64,000 bases of DNA from Raja brachyura (taxonomy: Eukaryota), in the NCBI GenBank assembly GCA_963514005.1, contig OY740786.1, forward strand, positions 68,014,001 to 68,078,000, read 5' to 3'. Numbering within the stretch: the first letter of the stretch is position 1; every line of letters begins with the position of its first letter. The notes below the pieces were generated by a model. The model saw nothing but the letters and a program-made list of their open reading frames with translations, was not told where the DNA came from and ran no database searches. Positions 24,306 to 36,744 of the stretch are shown piece by piece. The translations under genes and the position numbers were made by a program.

Positions 24306-25755
24306 CAGGGCTCGAAATTAGTGGTTGCCCAGGTGCCAATGGCAACCTACAGTCCCGCCGGGCAACGTAAAAGAAGGGTCTCGACCCGAAACGTCGCCTA
24401 TCTCCTTCGCACCTTAGATGCTGCTGCACCCGCTGAGTTTCTCCAGCCTTTTGTGTACTGGCAATAAAACTCACGTGATTCTTGACTTGGACTTAAGCAA
24501 AAAAGGGTTCTTGGGGGGGAAAAAAAGCTACCTTAAATTTAGTTGCGTCTGGTTGGTACCTATGGTAGGGTGAAGACTATTCCATGCTTTAATTGTGCGG
24601 GGGAACTCCATAGAGCAGCCAGCATCTCTGGATAGAAAACATTGGGTGACGTTTCGGGTAGAAACCCTTCCTTACATTTCCTCTGGTTTTAGTGTTTTTA
24701 GTTTAATTAAAAGATACAGCGTGGAAACAGGCCCTTCGGCCCACCGAGTCCACGCCGACCATCGATCACCCGTACTATCCCACACATCAGCGACGTAAGC
24801 CAAGACTTTTATTCTCTCACGGCGCAGTTAGAACAATGAAATCCTTACTTGCAGCAGCACAACAGAATATGTAAACATAGTATTCTGTAAACAATGTTAT
24901 AAATGAGAAAACAAAACTCCATACAGACAGCACCCATATTCAGGATCAATTCCGGGTCTCTGGCAATTTTAGGCAGCAATTTTATGGCCAGTGTACTGCC
25001 CCAATAGCCTTGAACTGAATTAAAACATACAGTAGCTGTGAAGGGGGACATAGCGTCACTTAGAAATTTCAGACTGAAAATGGATATTTTTTTTTTAGTG
25101 ACCAACGTATAACTCAACGTATAATTTTTTGTTTGTTGAAAAATAAAATATAGTGGCACAGTTGGTGGACTTGCTGCCTCACACGCCAGAGATCTCTTCG
25201 ATCCTGTTCTCGGGCACTGTCTGTGTTGAATTTGCACATTCTCCCTGCAAGCATGTGGCTTTCCTCCCACATTGGCTTTGTAGGTTAACTTGTCTCTGTA
25301 AAATTGCCCCTAATGTGCAGGGAGTGGGTGAGGAAAGTGGGATAACAGAACTTGTGTGAATGGGTAGACAAAAATGCTGGAGAAACTCAGCAGGTGAGGC
25401 AGCATTCAGGTCGAGACCCTTCTTCAGACTGATGTCGGGAGGGGTGGGGGCGGGAAAAAGAAAGGAAGAGGCGGACAGTAAGCTGTGGGAGAGCTGGGAA
25501 TTGGAGGGGAAGGAGGGAGAAAGCAAGGACTACCTGAAATTGGAGAAGCCAATGTTCATACCACTGGGGTGTAAACTACCCAAGCGAAATATGAGGTGCT
25601 GTGCCTCCAATTTACGGTGGTCTGGCCATGGAGGAGACCCAGGACAGAAAGGTCGGATTCGGAATGGGAGGGGGACTAAACTGTCATTTGGCAACCTAAA
25701 AAGCTGCCGAGGTTGCCCGGCTGGCTACAGGGAAAAAAGTTAAGCGAGAGCCCTG
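24306..25755. mobile_element. hAT-like non-autonomous element with 5-bp TSD and nested SINE/PLE fragments
   Basis: Termini CAGGGCTC and GAGCCCTG; subterminal GGTTGCCC/GGCAACC motifs at both ends; CTCTC duplicated at 24301-24305 and 25756-25760. Confidence 0.72.
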
Positions 25756-26410
25756 CTCTCCCTACTTTTTAACGAGCTGCTTTAGCTTCAATCCCAGTTT
25801 GACACCAACCTGAAAATTAATTCTGTTTCTCCTCCTGCAAATGTGGCTTAGCTGATTGTCTTCTGTTTTTACATTAACAATACCTGCAGTTTTTTTTTCT
25901 TGTTTTTAACTTTCCCACCAGTTTCTTGCCAACCATCCTGGTTTTTCCCTATGCGTGCTCTCTTAATGATAAATGTCAGTTAACTCCATTAACTGAACTA
26001 TTGCCAAGTCTATATATATTTGAAGATCATGTGGTGGATCTCCTTTCAAGGTTGTTGCCAAGCAGACATGAAGTCACAGAATATGTTTCATTAATGGTTA
26101 CCATTAAGATGTAATTTTGTCACCAGTCATTTTTGACAGCTGGTAAACAGCTAAATATTGTATTTCAAAGGGTAGATTGACATCTTAAAAATCATAAATC
26201 ATTTTCAGATCTGGAGACCAAATGGTATGTTGGCTGAAATTATTAACTATTATTAATAATTATTGACTTAAATACTATTAAATTATTATTGTCCAATTGG
26301 CTGAAATTATTCACTGGGTCTTGTGAATGAATGCCTCTCTGTGAAATCTTATAGACGTTTTCAATTCTGTACAAATTTCATGATTTATTAATTTCACCGT
26401 ATGATTTTAG

Positions 26411-26522
26411 TGATTCTCCTCGCAAAAGAAGTGGCTTTGTGTCAGTGCAGAATTCAGCTACCAGAAGTGTATACAATGAAGTGGAAGAATGCCAAGTTGA
26501 AATTTCTGGTGAAAGTTTTCCG
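26411..26522 (+). CDS. NPAT: NPAT exon 8 (DSPRKRSGF...GESFP)
   Basis: Acceptor ttttag, donor GTAAGT; 112 nt; phase 2 to 0. Confidence 0.88.
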
Positions 26523-27138
26523 GTAAGTGTTGACCAGATAAATGTAATATAAAGGTGTAGAAATAAGAAATTGCAGATGCTTGATCGCCAAATAAAAGAT
26601 GCCAAGTGCTGGAGTAACTCAGTGGGTCAGGCAGCATCCCTGGAGAACATGGATAGGTAATGGTTTGCGGGACATATCAGTCTAAAGAAGGGTCCCGACA
26701 AAAAAGATCACCTAACCATGTTCTCCAGGGATGCCGTCTGAGTTACTTCAGCACTTTGTGTCTTTTTTTCCATATAACGGTTGTTTTCCTACTTGCCTAA
26801 AATGGAATTGCTGCAGCTTGAATAGATAGACTAAGAATATAAGGTACAGAAATTCAGAAGCAATTCTATCTAACACCATTGCCAACAGAACGTATACAGA
26901 GAAAGTATTCACATGTTGACTGTCTTTGCAGAAGATGTTTTGAGAAGTTGATAACGTCTATTGATTATTTTTATTCCCTTTGCTAGATAGGGGTTAATCT
27001 TTGTGATCTTGAAAATTATGCACGATTGTGTTTTCAAGATGGTCAGTAGCAATATTTAAACTGGGAAGCAAGATTGTTGAAACCTTTAACAAATTAGTGG
27101 ATTCCTCTGAAAAGTTAATGGGTCATTTTAGTGAATAA

Positions 27139-27873
27139 CTAGACCAGGTGCAGACCCGTTGGGTCTGCTCCCCCAAAGCACCCGTTCCCTACCCGTAGCC
27201 CCCACGGGAGGCGTGGTCCTCCAATTTAAGCCGTTCTGGAACGTAAGATTCCAGCACTCCCCTGCCTCCCTTAGCAGTCTGCTTTAAAAAAAATAATTAT
27301 ATGATATTGTATTGAATCATATCATAACCCTAACGCAGATGCTAAACTGTTCTGATGGCCAGCCAGGTGGTCTTAACCCTAAAGATAGACCCAAAATGCT
27401 GGAGTAACTCCACAGGTCAGGCAACTCTGATTCAGTCTTAATCCTAATCCAGGCTAAAAAATCGATGGGACAAGAAACTAAAATGCCTAGGTTCTTGCAC
27501 ATGATCCCAATTGGAAACAAGAAGTTGACATCACTAAAAGTCATCACAAGGGATAGCGGACTGTCAATGAAAGTTCAATTGGGTCAACGTTGTTTTATTT
27601 TGCAAGAGTCATGCAGGTTTTTACCTGCTGTGACTTGTGCATAACTACGCGTACTTGATTGGCTCCAAGATGCTGTCTTAAGTAGTTTGAAATTTTACAA
27701 CAAATTAAAAAAGGCCCACCACTACCATTTCAAGAAACTAGGATTGGATAGTAGAGAATGGGATTTTGGAAAAATAACTCTAGCTATCTATGCACGTGGA
27801 CGCCAAATGAGATCACTTTTGTTTCACTCCTTTCACGTCAGTAAATTGCCACTTTTTAAACGTTTTATATAGT
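27139..27873 (-). mobile_element. Non-autonomous Helitron-like element
   Basis: The - strand 3' end has the hairpin GCAGACCC-AAC-GGGTCTGC, then 7 nt, then CTAG followed by T. The 5' end reads CTATATAAAA. Confidence 0.7.
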
Positions 27874-27916
27874 CTATTTTTTAATGTTGGATATTTAGTC
27901 TCCAATTTGTCTGCAG

Positions 27917-28008
27917 CAAAGAGTCATTGAAAACGCCAGAGAGAAAATCCTGAAAGATCAATCTCTTCTAGAAAAACTTGCGGAAAACATTAACAAAGTT
28001 ATGTTCAG
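27917..28008 (+). CDS. NPAT: NPAT exon 9 (QRVIENAREKILKDQSLLEKLAENINKVMF)
   Basis: Acceptor ctgcag, donor GTAATG; 92 nt; conserved VIENAREKIL..LAENINK motif. Confidence 0.95.
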
Positions 28009-29350
28009 GTAATGTAAACTTGTTGCAGCGTTCAGGATTTCTCATTTCTATCTTGCTATGTAGATTTATCTGCCATTATTGTCTCTTTTTTTTATGGGAT
28101 TGCCCAATTCTTGCAGAATTATAGTTACAAAATTAAAACTGTCTGAAAACTTATTTGTGATCTTGAAGCATTGTTTGAATATGCAGATTACACATTTCAT
28201 TGCAAATTTAATCATTAAATTATTGAATGTTAGAATTTAAATAGACAATTATTTTTTAATTGAGTTGTACAGCATAGACGAACAATTCAGCCCATTTTAA
28301 CTGGTGAGGTTTCTGAAAGAACCTTTCATGATATACAGAATCAAATGGGTTATCAGGCTATGGGGTGGGTTTTTAAACAAGCCTCTCCACTCTGGGACTT
28401 GAAAGGTCTTGGGTTTCAGCTCTTTGGTCTTTCTCGTCCTTTTCAATGAATCTTGCTGATTACACCAAAACCGAATGATGCAAGCAGGTTTCAAAGATTC
28501 AGATCCATGGTGGAGAAAGTTCACTTCAAGGTAGCAAGGAAACTAAGTTTCTTACAGTGTAGTGAAATACACTACATGGGTTAGTAAATAATTAAATTAG
28601 TCGAGTCTCGCACCCTTTTGCTTGTCGGGAATTCACTGACACGGGCGTCAGCTAATAGCGATGGGTCTTGCGCCTTTCTTCTGCGTGCTGAGGACTCCTT
28701 AATAGGGCTTGGCTTGGAGTACTCGTGACTCGCTCGTGGTGTGCACTTATGTACTCACTATTGTCAAGTATAGAGATACAGTGGAACACTTTTCACATGG
28801 TTGTTAAGACGTTAATGTATATAATGTTGATGGTATTTGGATTGTTATTTTAAGATTGTTTCCAAAAGCCTTGCACCAGTGCTTTATATCCAAAAAAGAG
28901 CTGGTACGCACATCGTAACTTACTGTTGATGTCTAAATGCATTGTCGTCCTAAGTTGCTTAAGCAGTTTAAGGGTCTGACCATCTAATTTCATGCATACA
29001 TTTTATTTTTTTAAACTTAACTAATCTTTTATGTAATATTCTAAAAATTTAAATCTAGTTTTCCATTTTTTTTCCAGGTGTTAATACACTGTACCAGCAC
29101 GTGTTATCAAAAAAACCCACAACTTTGTCGTATAATCAATATAATGTAACACAATATTAAAAATATGTTTTGGTTACAGAAGTTTAGTAGACCTCCTCAT
29201 ATCTAGCGACATTTCATTTCAAATCTATATAATTTATCTAACTCATTTTTATATAGTCTGATAAAGTAAGCCATACCAAACAATCAGATGCAGATCATGT
29301 ATCACCTTTCAATTTTCTTTTACATACAACTTTTTGTTTTCTCTTTATAG

Positions 29351-29438
29351 TGAGACTTGTGCTGGACATTCTACAAAGCCACCTGACAGTAGTAGTACAT
29401 TACCGGATCAGTCCATTGATGAAATCCTAGGCCTCGGG
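29351..29438 (+). CDS. NPAT: NPAT exon 10 (ETCAGH...DQSIDEILGLG)
   Basis: Acceptor tttatag, donor GTAATG; 88 nt. Confidence 0.92.
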
Positions 29439-30029
29439 GTAATGTTCATGTTTGCCACATACTTCTGATTATTTTATGTAACACAATTGTTGATCAATCA
29501 AATAAACTAATTATTCCTGTCTTTAATTAGATTTGCAAACGTAAGAATAGAATCAAGGACATTGCTTACAAGATCTTTCAATAAAAATAATGAGCATGTT
29601 CTCTTTGGAGGGGGAAAACAGTTTGATGCTGCAATTTATAAAATGCAGTGAAATTTTAATCGTGATTGGAAATTAGTTTTAGTTTTTGAAATTTAATTTA
29701 TTAATCCATATTCCACTGGAGTTGTGAAAGGTTTCCTCCTCAAAAATGTTGGATTTAAATTTAATTGAAGAATGCCCGCAGTGCCATTTTGATAAGAGTT
29801 CTTCAGAATGATTGATCAAGGACCCAATCCGCAGAAATATCGCACTTGCCACTGAGCAGCCTAATTTTGAGTTCTGGTTTGCATGTAAGTAGGGAATATT
29901 GTGAAAATGCTAGAGCGAGAGAAAACATGAAACAAGGAAACATTCCTTAACTATCATTTCTTCTTTGTAAAGATAATATTCATATTCTAGACTAACGAGC
30001 GAACTGATATTTTCATTATTTTTTTGTAG

Positions 30030-30126
30030 GATGAAGTCCACATGTCTGATGAAGCTATTCACGATATCTTGGAGCAGACCGAGTCAGATCCAGCATTTCA
30101 GGCTTTGTTTGATCTCTTTGATTATG
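30030..30126 (+). CDS. NPAT: NPAT exon 11 (DEVHMSDEAIHDILEQTESDPAFQALFDLFDY)
   Basis: Acceptor ttgtag, donor GTTTGT; 97 nt; contains the DLFD transactivation motif. Confidence 0.96.
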
Positions 30127-30345
30127 GTTTGTACTGAACCCCCATCAGAAAGTGTACATTCAATAAGTTTATATATGAATGTTGCTTTTCCATTAACTGT
30201 GCAGCAAGCACAACATTCCTGTTCTGAAGACTTGCTCGCCTAATATCTATGTTGGATAGTGAAAGGAACTCCAGCGGCGCTGTTCTCTTACAGCCGCTTC
30301 CCACTTTACAGCCGATTCCCATCAGCTGCCAGCAATGAGGGATAG

Positions 30346-30409
30346 ACTTGGCCATCCCTCAGTACAGCAACATCGTTCTTGATATTGCTGTATTGAGGGA
30401 TAGCCAAGT
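30346..30409. repeat. 29-bp imperfect inverted repeat (26/29) with a 6-nt loop
   Basis: ACTTGGCCATCCCTCAGTACAGCAACATC-GTTCTT-GATATTGCTGTATTGAGGGATAGCCAAGT. Confidence 0.9.
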
Positions 30410-31068
30410 ATATATTTCTTGGCTAACAACCTAACCTTCGGCCTCCAAGACGCAGGTAAATTTCCGTGCCTTATTTTGGGGTATATAATAGCGTCTTCAT
30501 TGCTGGGAAATACGGTAATCTTTATTACCACAGATTAGGTCCCAATTTGGGACCCAGCATTTTGAGGGAATTTAGCCGTGTGCAGATTAGAATTATGACA
30601 GTCATGTCATGACTTTAGAGAATTGAATTATTTATTTTTGACCAGAGACTGTTAAGGGATAATTTGACAAAGATGTTTGCAATCTTAAATGCTTTTTATA
30701 ATAATACTGACGAAGCATTGCTAGTAGCAGTAACAGAAAGGTACAGAAATCAGGTAATTGTTCTAAGAAATCAAAGCAAGATTAGGATTTTTTTTACTGT
30801 TTGATTTGGCATATTATGTATTATAAATTGGAATAATAGATTAGTTATATAACTTACAATTTAAACTACAATGGGGAAAGGATATAAAAATGGCATTGAT
30901 AGGTTTATGGGGATCTGAATAACCTCTTTCAGTGAGTTTAACTTGTGTGAGTATTTTTCCTATACAGTTAACTGATAAAGAAATTATCTTTTTGTTGTAA
31001 AATTAATCAATATTTAATATATGCTCACTCTAATATAATTTGGCACATTTGTCTGTTTTTTCATTTAG

Positions 31069-31194
31069 GCAAGTCTAAAAAAAGTGAAGACTCAGATAAA
31101 GGACCATCTGTTCAGAACAATATAAATGAAATGGAAAATAGTGCAAATGCTGCATTTCTGGGCACCTTTAGTACATTTCCAACTGCGGGATTAG
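31069..31194 (+). CDS. NPAT: NPAT exon 12 (GKSKKSEDSDKG...PTAGL)
   Basis: Acceptor tttag, donor GTGAGT; 126 nt; phase 1 to 1. Confidence 0.88.
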
Positions 31195-31377
31195 GTGAGT
31201 TTTTTTATTGCTAATTTATAAAATCAAATAAATGTATTTATAGAATCTGTTCAAATTATAATTAAATGTTTTATCTTCAAAAGATAACTAACTTTTAAAA
31301 TAATTTGTAATTAATAACTCAAAACAATTTTATTGATATTATGTTACAAGTATGCATATCTGTTTTTGTTTCCCAAG

Positions 31378-33249
31378 GTAACTTGGTACCTTTACCTTCA
31401 ACAATCTCCGAGAAAGAACCAAATAGTTACACAAACAAGAGCAAAGATGATGGAACAACACATAGTACCAAAATATCTACAGAATCAACTTTAACTACAA
31501 AATCCAAAATAAATGAAAATCAGATTCTTCCAAACTTTAGTACAACTGATGCAAACAAATCTGTGCTTTCAATGGATAGTCGGAGTTCCAGTTCTCAGGG
31601 AAACAAAAGTAGTAGGAGCACTGGAGAAGCTACTTCTGCATCAGATCTTCCTACATCTGCAGCTGTAATCCAGTCAACTTTATCATCATCACTAGGAACA
31701 GGGGATGTTGCTGAAATGGAAATTAGGACTCTGAATCCATCTGCTTGTAATGAAAAAACACATCAATCTCCAGTTGTGCAACAGCAGCCCCCTGAGGATA
31801 CTCTGGCTATTGAAGAATTAAATAATCAGAGTGAGAAAACTGAACCGCTATCCATAATCGTAAGTCAAAATGGGCTTGCTTCAGAAGCTAGTGATATATC
31901 TTCAATTTGTGATACGAACGAATCAAACACCGCTACAAGTCAACCTAAACATGAAGTGCCGGCAATCAAAGCTCTCGGTGCTACAAAGACAAGTGTTGAG
32001 ACTGGAGCTGGAGTTTGTAATGCACCGGCATCAACTTGTTCTGAAGCATCAGTTCAATCAACTTTTGCAGTACAGAAATGTTCTGGTGATTCTTTTATTG
32101 CTGTGGTGCCAAGTCAACAAAATATTGTGCACATGTCAAGAGTATCTAGAAGTCCTGCTTTAGCCACTGAAACACAGTCTCAAACTCTTCTTTCTTCTTT
32201 CTCTGAAACATCAAATAGTTCTGCTGTAAGTTCTAGTTCGGTGAATATTCTTACATCTGATGCAGTAAAAATGAGCGTGGTTTCCGTGGACGTAGAGATG
32301 CCTGATCGGATGGAGCCAGTTTCTTCCTCCGTTTCATCTTCCAAGTCTGAGAGTAAGGTCACAACCTTACAACCAAATTTTGTTAGTTCCGGCTCGAATC
32401 CTGTAACTGAGAGTGTTTCAACTAACATGATGCCCAGGTCGACTGTCACTGCCACTTCTGCAAACTCTGAGGTTATCTCCACGTCTAAAGTTTCAAATGC
32501 TGAACCTTCCAGCACCATGGAGGTAGATCCCACAAATATAGTCACACTCAAGATAATTATTAGTGATGATCCCAAGCAATTATCTTCAGATACAGAGTTA
32601 AATAATGCTGTGTCCAGTATTACAAATGAAAATGTGCCAACAATCGTATTGTCTTCTCCAGGTGGTACCCCCACAAAAGGCAAAGAGTTAAGCCATGCTG
32701 GAAGTAACAATTGTGTTGCTGTTACAGAAAATATCTCCAGGCACAATTTGCACACGAGAAGCGAAGAAACAGAAAGTGCTGTGAGTAGTTTGGGAATGCC
32801 AGAGGAGCCCGAGAGCAGTGTGCAAAATGTTGCGTGTGCTGATGTGGAAACTATGCCCACGCAAAGCATAACCTCCAGTAACGTGTCTGTTACTGCACCA
32901 CCTCAGACTAACAATACACTGTCCTTTCAAAATCCACGGGGCCGAAGAAAAGACACTGGGCTTATACAATTGTTGCCCGCAGCCACCACGTTTGGGCAGT
33001 CCAGCAATGTTCTTATAGCGGCTTGTGTGCAAGATTCTGCAGGACAACCTTTGATGAAAGGAGATGAATCTAGTAACAGTAACGCATTCATTTTGGATAA
33101 CCGTGGGGGTTCTGCAAAAGTCTTGCTGCTACCGAGCAGCTCTGCTTCTACACCCATAACAACATCAGTTCCTCGGGCTTTATCTACACCTCCAAGGCCA
33201 AGCACTGTATTTCCCATGGGGCAGCCTGTATCTTCGAGTTTTTCACAAG
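31378..33249 (+). CDS. NPAT: NPAT exon 13, large Ser/Thr-rich exon
   Basis: Lies within ORF 31341..33314; acceptor cccaag, donor GTATCG; 1872 nt; conserved DPTNIVTLKIIISDDP, DTELNNAVSSI, VPTIVLSSP and STPPR. Confidence 0.94.
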
Positions 33250-35180
33250 GTATCGGTGCACGTAATGTGACTCAAGACAAGTCAAATTTATTGTCATATG
33301 CACACGTATGGTGAGGCGCAGGTACAATGAAAAGCTTGCTTGCAGCAGCATCACAGATGCATAGACTTAGACTCGGATAGCATTAAAACACAAACTATGC
33401 ATGAATTATGCAAGAGAGGAAAAGGGAGAAAGACTGCAATAAACTAGACATTAGTACAAATTACAATTGGAGAGAAAAACAAGTCCTTGGTAGTGCAAGA
33501 GGTGGTCTGTGGTGTTCCGTGGTAGGATTAGGTTTGTGCAGGTTGGTTCAAGAAGCTGATAATTGTAGGAAAGTAGCTGATCTTGATCCTGGTGGTGTCC
33601 AATCTTGGGCTTCCATACCATCTGCCCAATGATACTAGCGATAAGAGTTCCATACCCATGATGATAGATGCCACAAAAAGCTGGAGTAACTCAGCGGGAC
33701 ACTCAGCTGTGTTGGCCCGTTGAGTTACTCCAGCTTTTTGTGCCTATCTTTGGTTTAAATCTGCATCTGCCGTTCCTTCCTACATATGATAGATGTCACA
33801 TTCTTCAGGCAGCATTTCATTTGATGCTAGATGCTTGGAGGGATGTGACTGTGATGGACTTGGCTAAGTCCACTATTCTGCAGCCTCTTGCGTTCCTGTG
33901 TGTTGGAATTATCATGCCAGGCCATGTTGCAACGTCAGGCTAATTCCAACACTTCTACTCTTGTAGACATTTGTAAAGTAGTTATTAACATGTCAAATCT
34001 TTTTAACCTTCAAAGGAAGTAAAGCACTTGCCTGCTTTGTTTGTGATTGCATTGATGTAATCATGGGACAATTAACAGAATTTATAGATCAGAGTTATTA
34101 CTGTGACGTAGCCAACTTTTATTTTTATGGCTTTCCAAGTTAATTAGATAAAACATTGTTAAACACCCATTTAAAACCAATACTCAATGGTATAATTCAA
34201 TCAGACAGTGATACATTTTTTTTAATAGTAGGCAAGATAACTGCCTAGTGTCAGAAGCGGAAAGATAGCAGGCAATTGCCGGAAGCTTTTTCCCCTGCAG
34301 TTTCTTCTGTCTTCACTTCTACTCTCTGTAATAACTACATTGATGCCTTGGCACAAAATGCTGTTGAAACTAATACATTACAGAAGAGTAGCTGTGATTG
34401 TGCTTTTCTTGTCAACTCAGGGACTAATACATTTTTATTTCTTTCCTTTTGCTATTTCTTATGAAGACATTCAGCTGAACAGTAGTCGACAGTCAAGTGT
34501 TAATTTGTCACATGAACCAGAGCAATGAAATTCTTGAGATAGACACAAAATGCTGGAGTAAGTCTGCGGGTCAGGCAGCATCTTTGGAGAAAAGGAACAG
34601 TTGACGTTTTGCGTCTGAATATTTCTTCAGACTGGATGAAATACTTGCTGCAGCATTACAGGCACAATAGACACAACAACAATAAATGTGCAATAAGTTA
34701 TTGTTTGTTCTAAGTGAACTAGACCATGATAATGTAAAAAACAAAGTACATTGAGCAACTCCAGTAGTGCAAAGTCCACAGTGGTTCAGTGCTGTTATAG
34801 GCTTGTGCAGGGTGGTCAAGAACTGATGGTTGATGGGAATAAATTGTAAATTAACCTGGAGATAATGGTTCTTAAACTTCTGTTCCACCTTCCCATGGTA
34901 GCACCAGGGAAGAGAATGTGGCCAGAGTGGTGTGGGTCTTTGATATTACCTGCCTTCTTAGTCTGCACTTCCCATAGATCCCTTCAATAGGGGGGAGGTC
35001 AATACTTGTGATGTACCAGGTGATAGTGGCCAGTTAGTTGAAAAAGAGCTGTTGGGTGATTTTCATTTGTAATTTTTCTTCTCCATAAATCGGCTGTTAA
35101 TTGCCTGAAACCATAATAGCTAAAAATATAGTTTTCCAACTTGGCCTGCTACTAACAATTAAAATGTGATTTGTGTTTAG

Positions 35181-35299
35181 GTTCAACTTTTTTTATCACA
35201 TCCCCTGTTCAGCCAATGCTACAAGGTGTAATGGGAATGATTCCAGTTTCAATAATGGGTCCTAATAGTCTAACTTCATTCACGATGTCACCCCAACAG
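35181..35299 (+). CDS. NPAT: NPAT exon 14 (GSTFFITSPVQPMLQGVMGMIPVSIMG...SPQQ), followed by a GC donor
   Basis: Acceptor tttag, donor CAG|GCAAGT; 119 nt; conserved SPVQPxLQGxxGMIPVS. Confidence 0.9.
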
Positions 35300-36467
35300 G
35301 CAAGTTTGTGTGTCTTCTTTTGAACTGGATGACATTATCTGTGACTTAGAGGAAGTTTACAGGAAATTATTCTGTCCCAAATACTGTGTTAATCACTGAA
35401 ATTACAGCACAAAGATCATGTTGCTCACTGCAACAATTCAATTTGTTTGAAGTACATTTGCAGTAAAGCATTTGCATCACAGCTGAGATCACGTATGTTA
35501 TTACAGCACTTCACTGTTCCTCCTTATCCAAGTTCAAAGGTTATTGTTTTGATCGATTAAAAGAAATGGACCCTTCAGCTCACTGAGTTCATGCTGACCA
35601 TCAGTCATGGGGAGAACGTGCAAACTCCACTCAGACAACACCCAAGGTCAGGATCGAGCCTGGTTCTCTGGCACTGTGAGACAGCAGCTCTACCACCCGT
35701 GCCACTGTTTTAACCTTGCATTCTTAAATGTCACAAGGTGCTTCATGGGAGGATAATCAGAGAAAGGTTGATTGGACCAAATAGAATGTGACAATACGTG
35801 ATCTGGGAGGTAGGCTTTAAAGTGGACTTTAAATGAGGGGAGGGGCAGAGAGTTACGAAAAGACCAAACTTTTAGTATCAAGGCAGACAAAGTCAAAATG
35901 GGCAGTAAAGGGCATGTAGAGTGCGTGAGGAACATAGATAAAGGAGGAGTGGAGGGATGAGGCCAAGTTAGGGGTTTGAATTATTGAAAGTTAATTTCAA
36001 AATTCAGAGGTTGCAAGATTGGAGGTCTGTTTTGTCAGTGTAATAGGAAATTAACAGGAGCACCTGTTAGAATACAGATATTGAAAATATGTGGACGATG
36101 TATACAGTTGCTGTTGACTCAAGTAAACAAAGATTCTGACTTGCCAAATGAGCAGGAGACCAAGTATTTTTTTAAACTATTGCCAGCACTGTCCTAGTGT
36201 GTGAAGTTCACTCTGGTGCCTTGGAGGACTGTACAGTGTGAGGTGAGGGAGAGGTGTACAGATTCTCTGGATTATTGCTTCTTGTCTCTTTGGAGTCTGG
36301 CGTGTAAAGGGGCATGAGATTTGAGACTCACCTCGGAGATGTGAAAACTCCATAGCATATTGGATAGTGGTAAGAATTTATGTGGCCAGGCAAAAGGTGA
36401 AATGTATCTAGGCCAATCTCTATGTGATATTTTACAGTTACTGATTTTTCTATTTATTTATCAGCAG

Positions 36468-36582
36468 GTTCTCCGTATGCCAGTATCCTCTTCACTTGGC
36501 AAAAAATGCAACAGATTCAGCAAACTTCCCATTTCGAGGAAACCACCACAGTTAGCAGTTCAACCAAGCACCATAAGTACAG
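36468..36582 (+). CDS. NPAT: NPAT exon 15 (VLRMPVSSSLGKKCNR...TIST)
   Basis: Tandem acceptor tCAGCAG (alternative start 36465), donor GTTAGC; 115 nt; matches the VLHMP..CNR segment. Confidence 0.87.
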
Positions 36583-36744
36583 GTTAGCAACCATGGAAAG
36601 TAATTCCTATGAGAAAATATTATCAGCTTCAATATTCCTCGGTATCAAATTCCCTGTTGTGATCGTACTTAAGAAAATATAGATAAAAAGTTATTTTACC
36701 ATTTAATTCCTTTTGTGAACTTGTAGCGTTTCAGGATACACGGA

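Noticed and set aside
31341-33314. 657-aa ORF as a standalone mucin-like gene
   Set aside because: It is NPAT exon 13 plus flanking intron; the antisense ORFs here are shadows.
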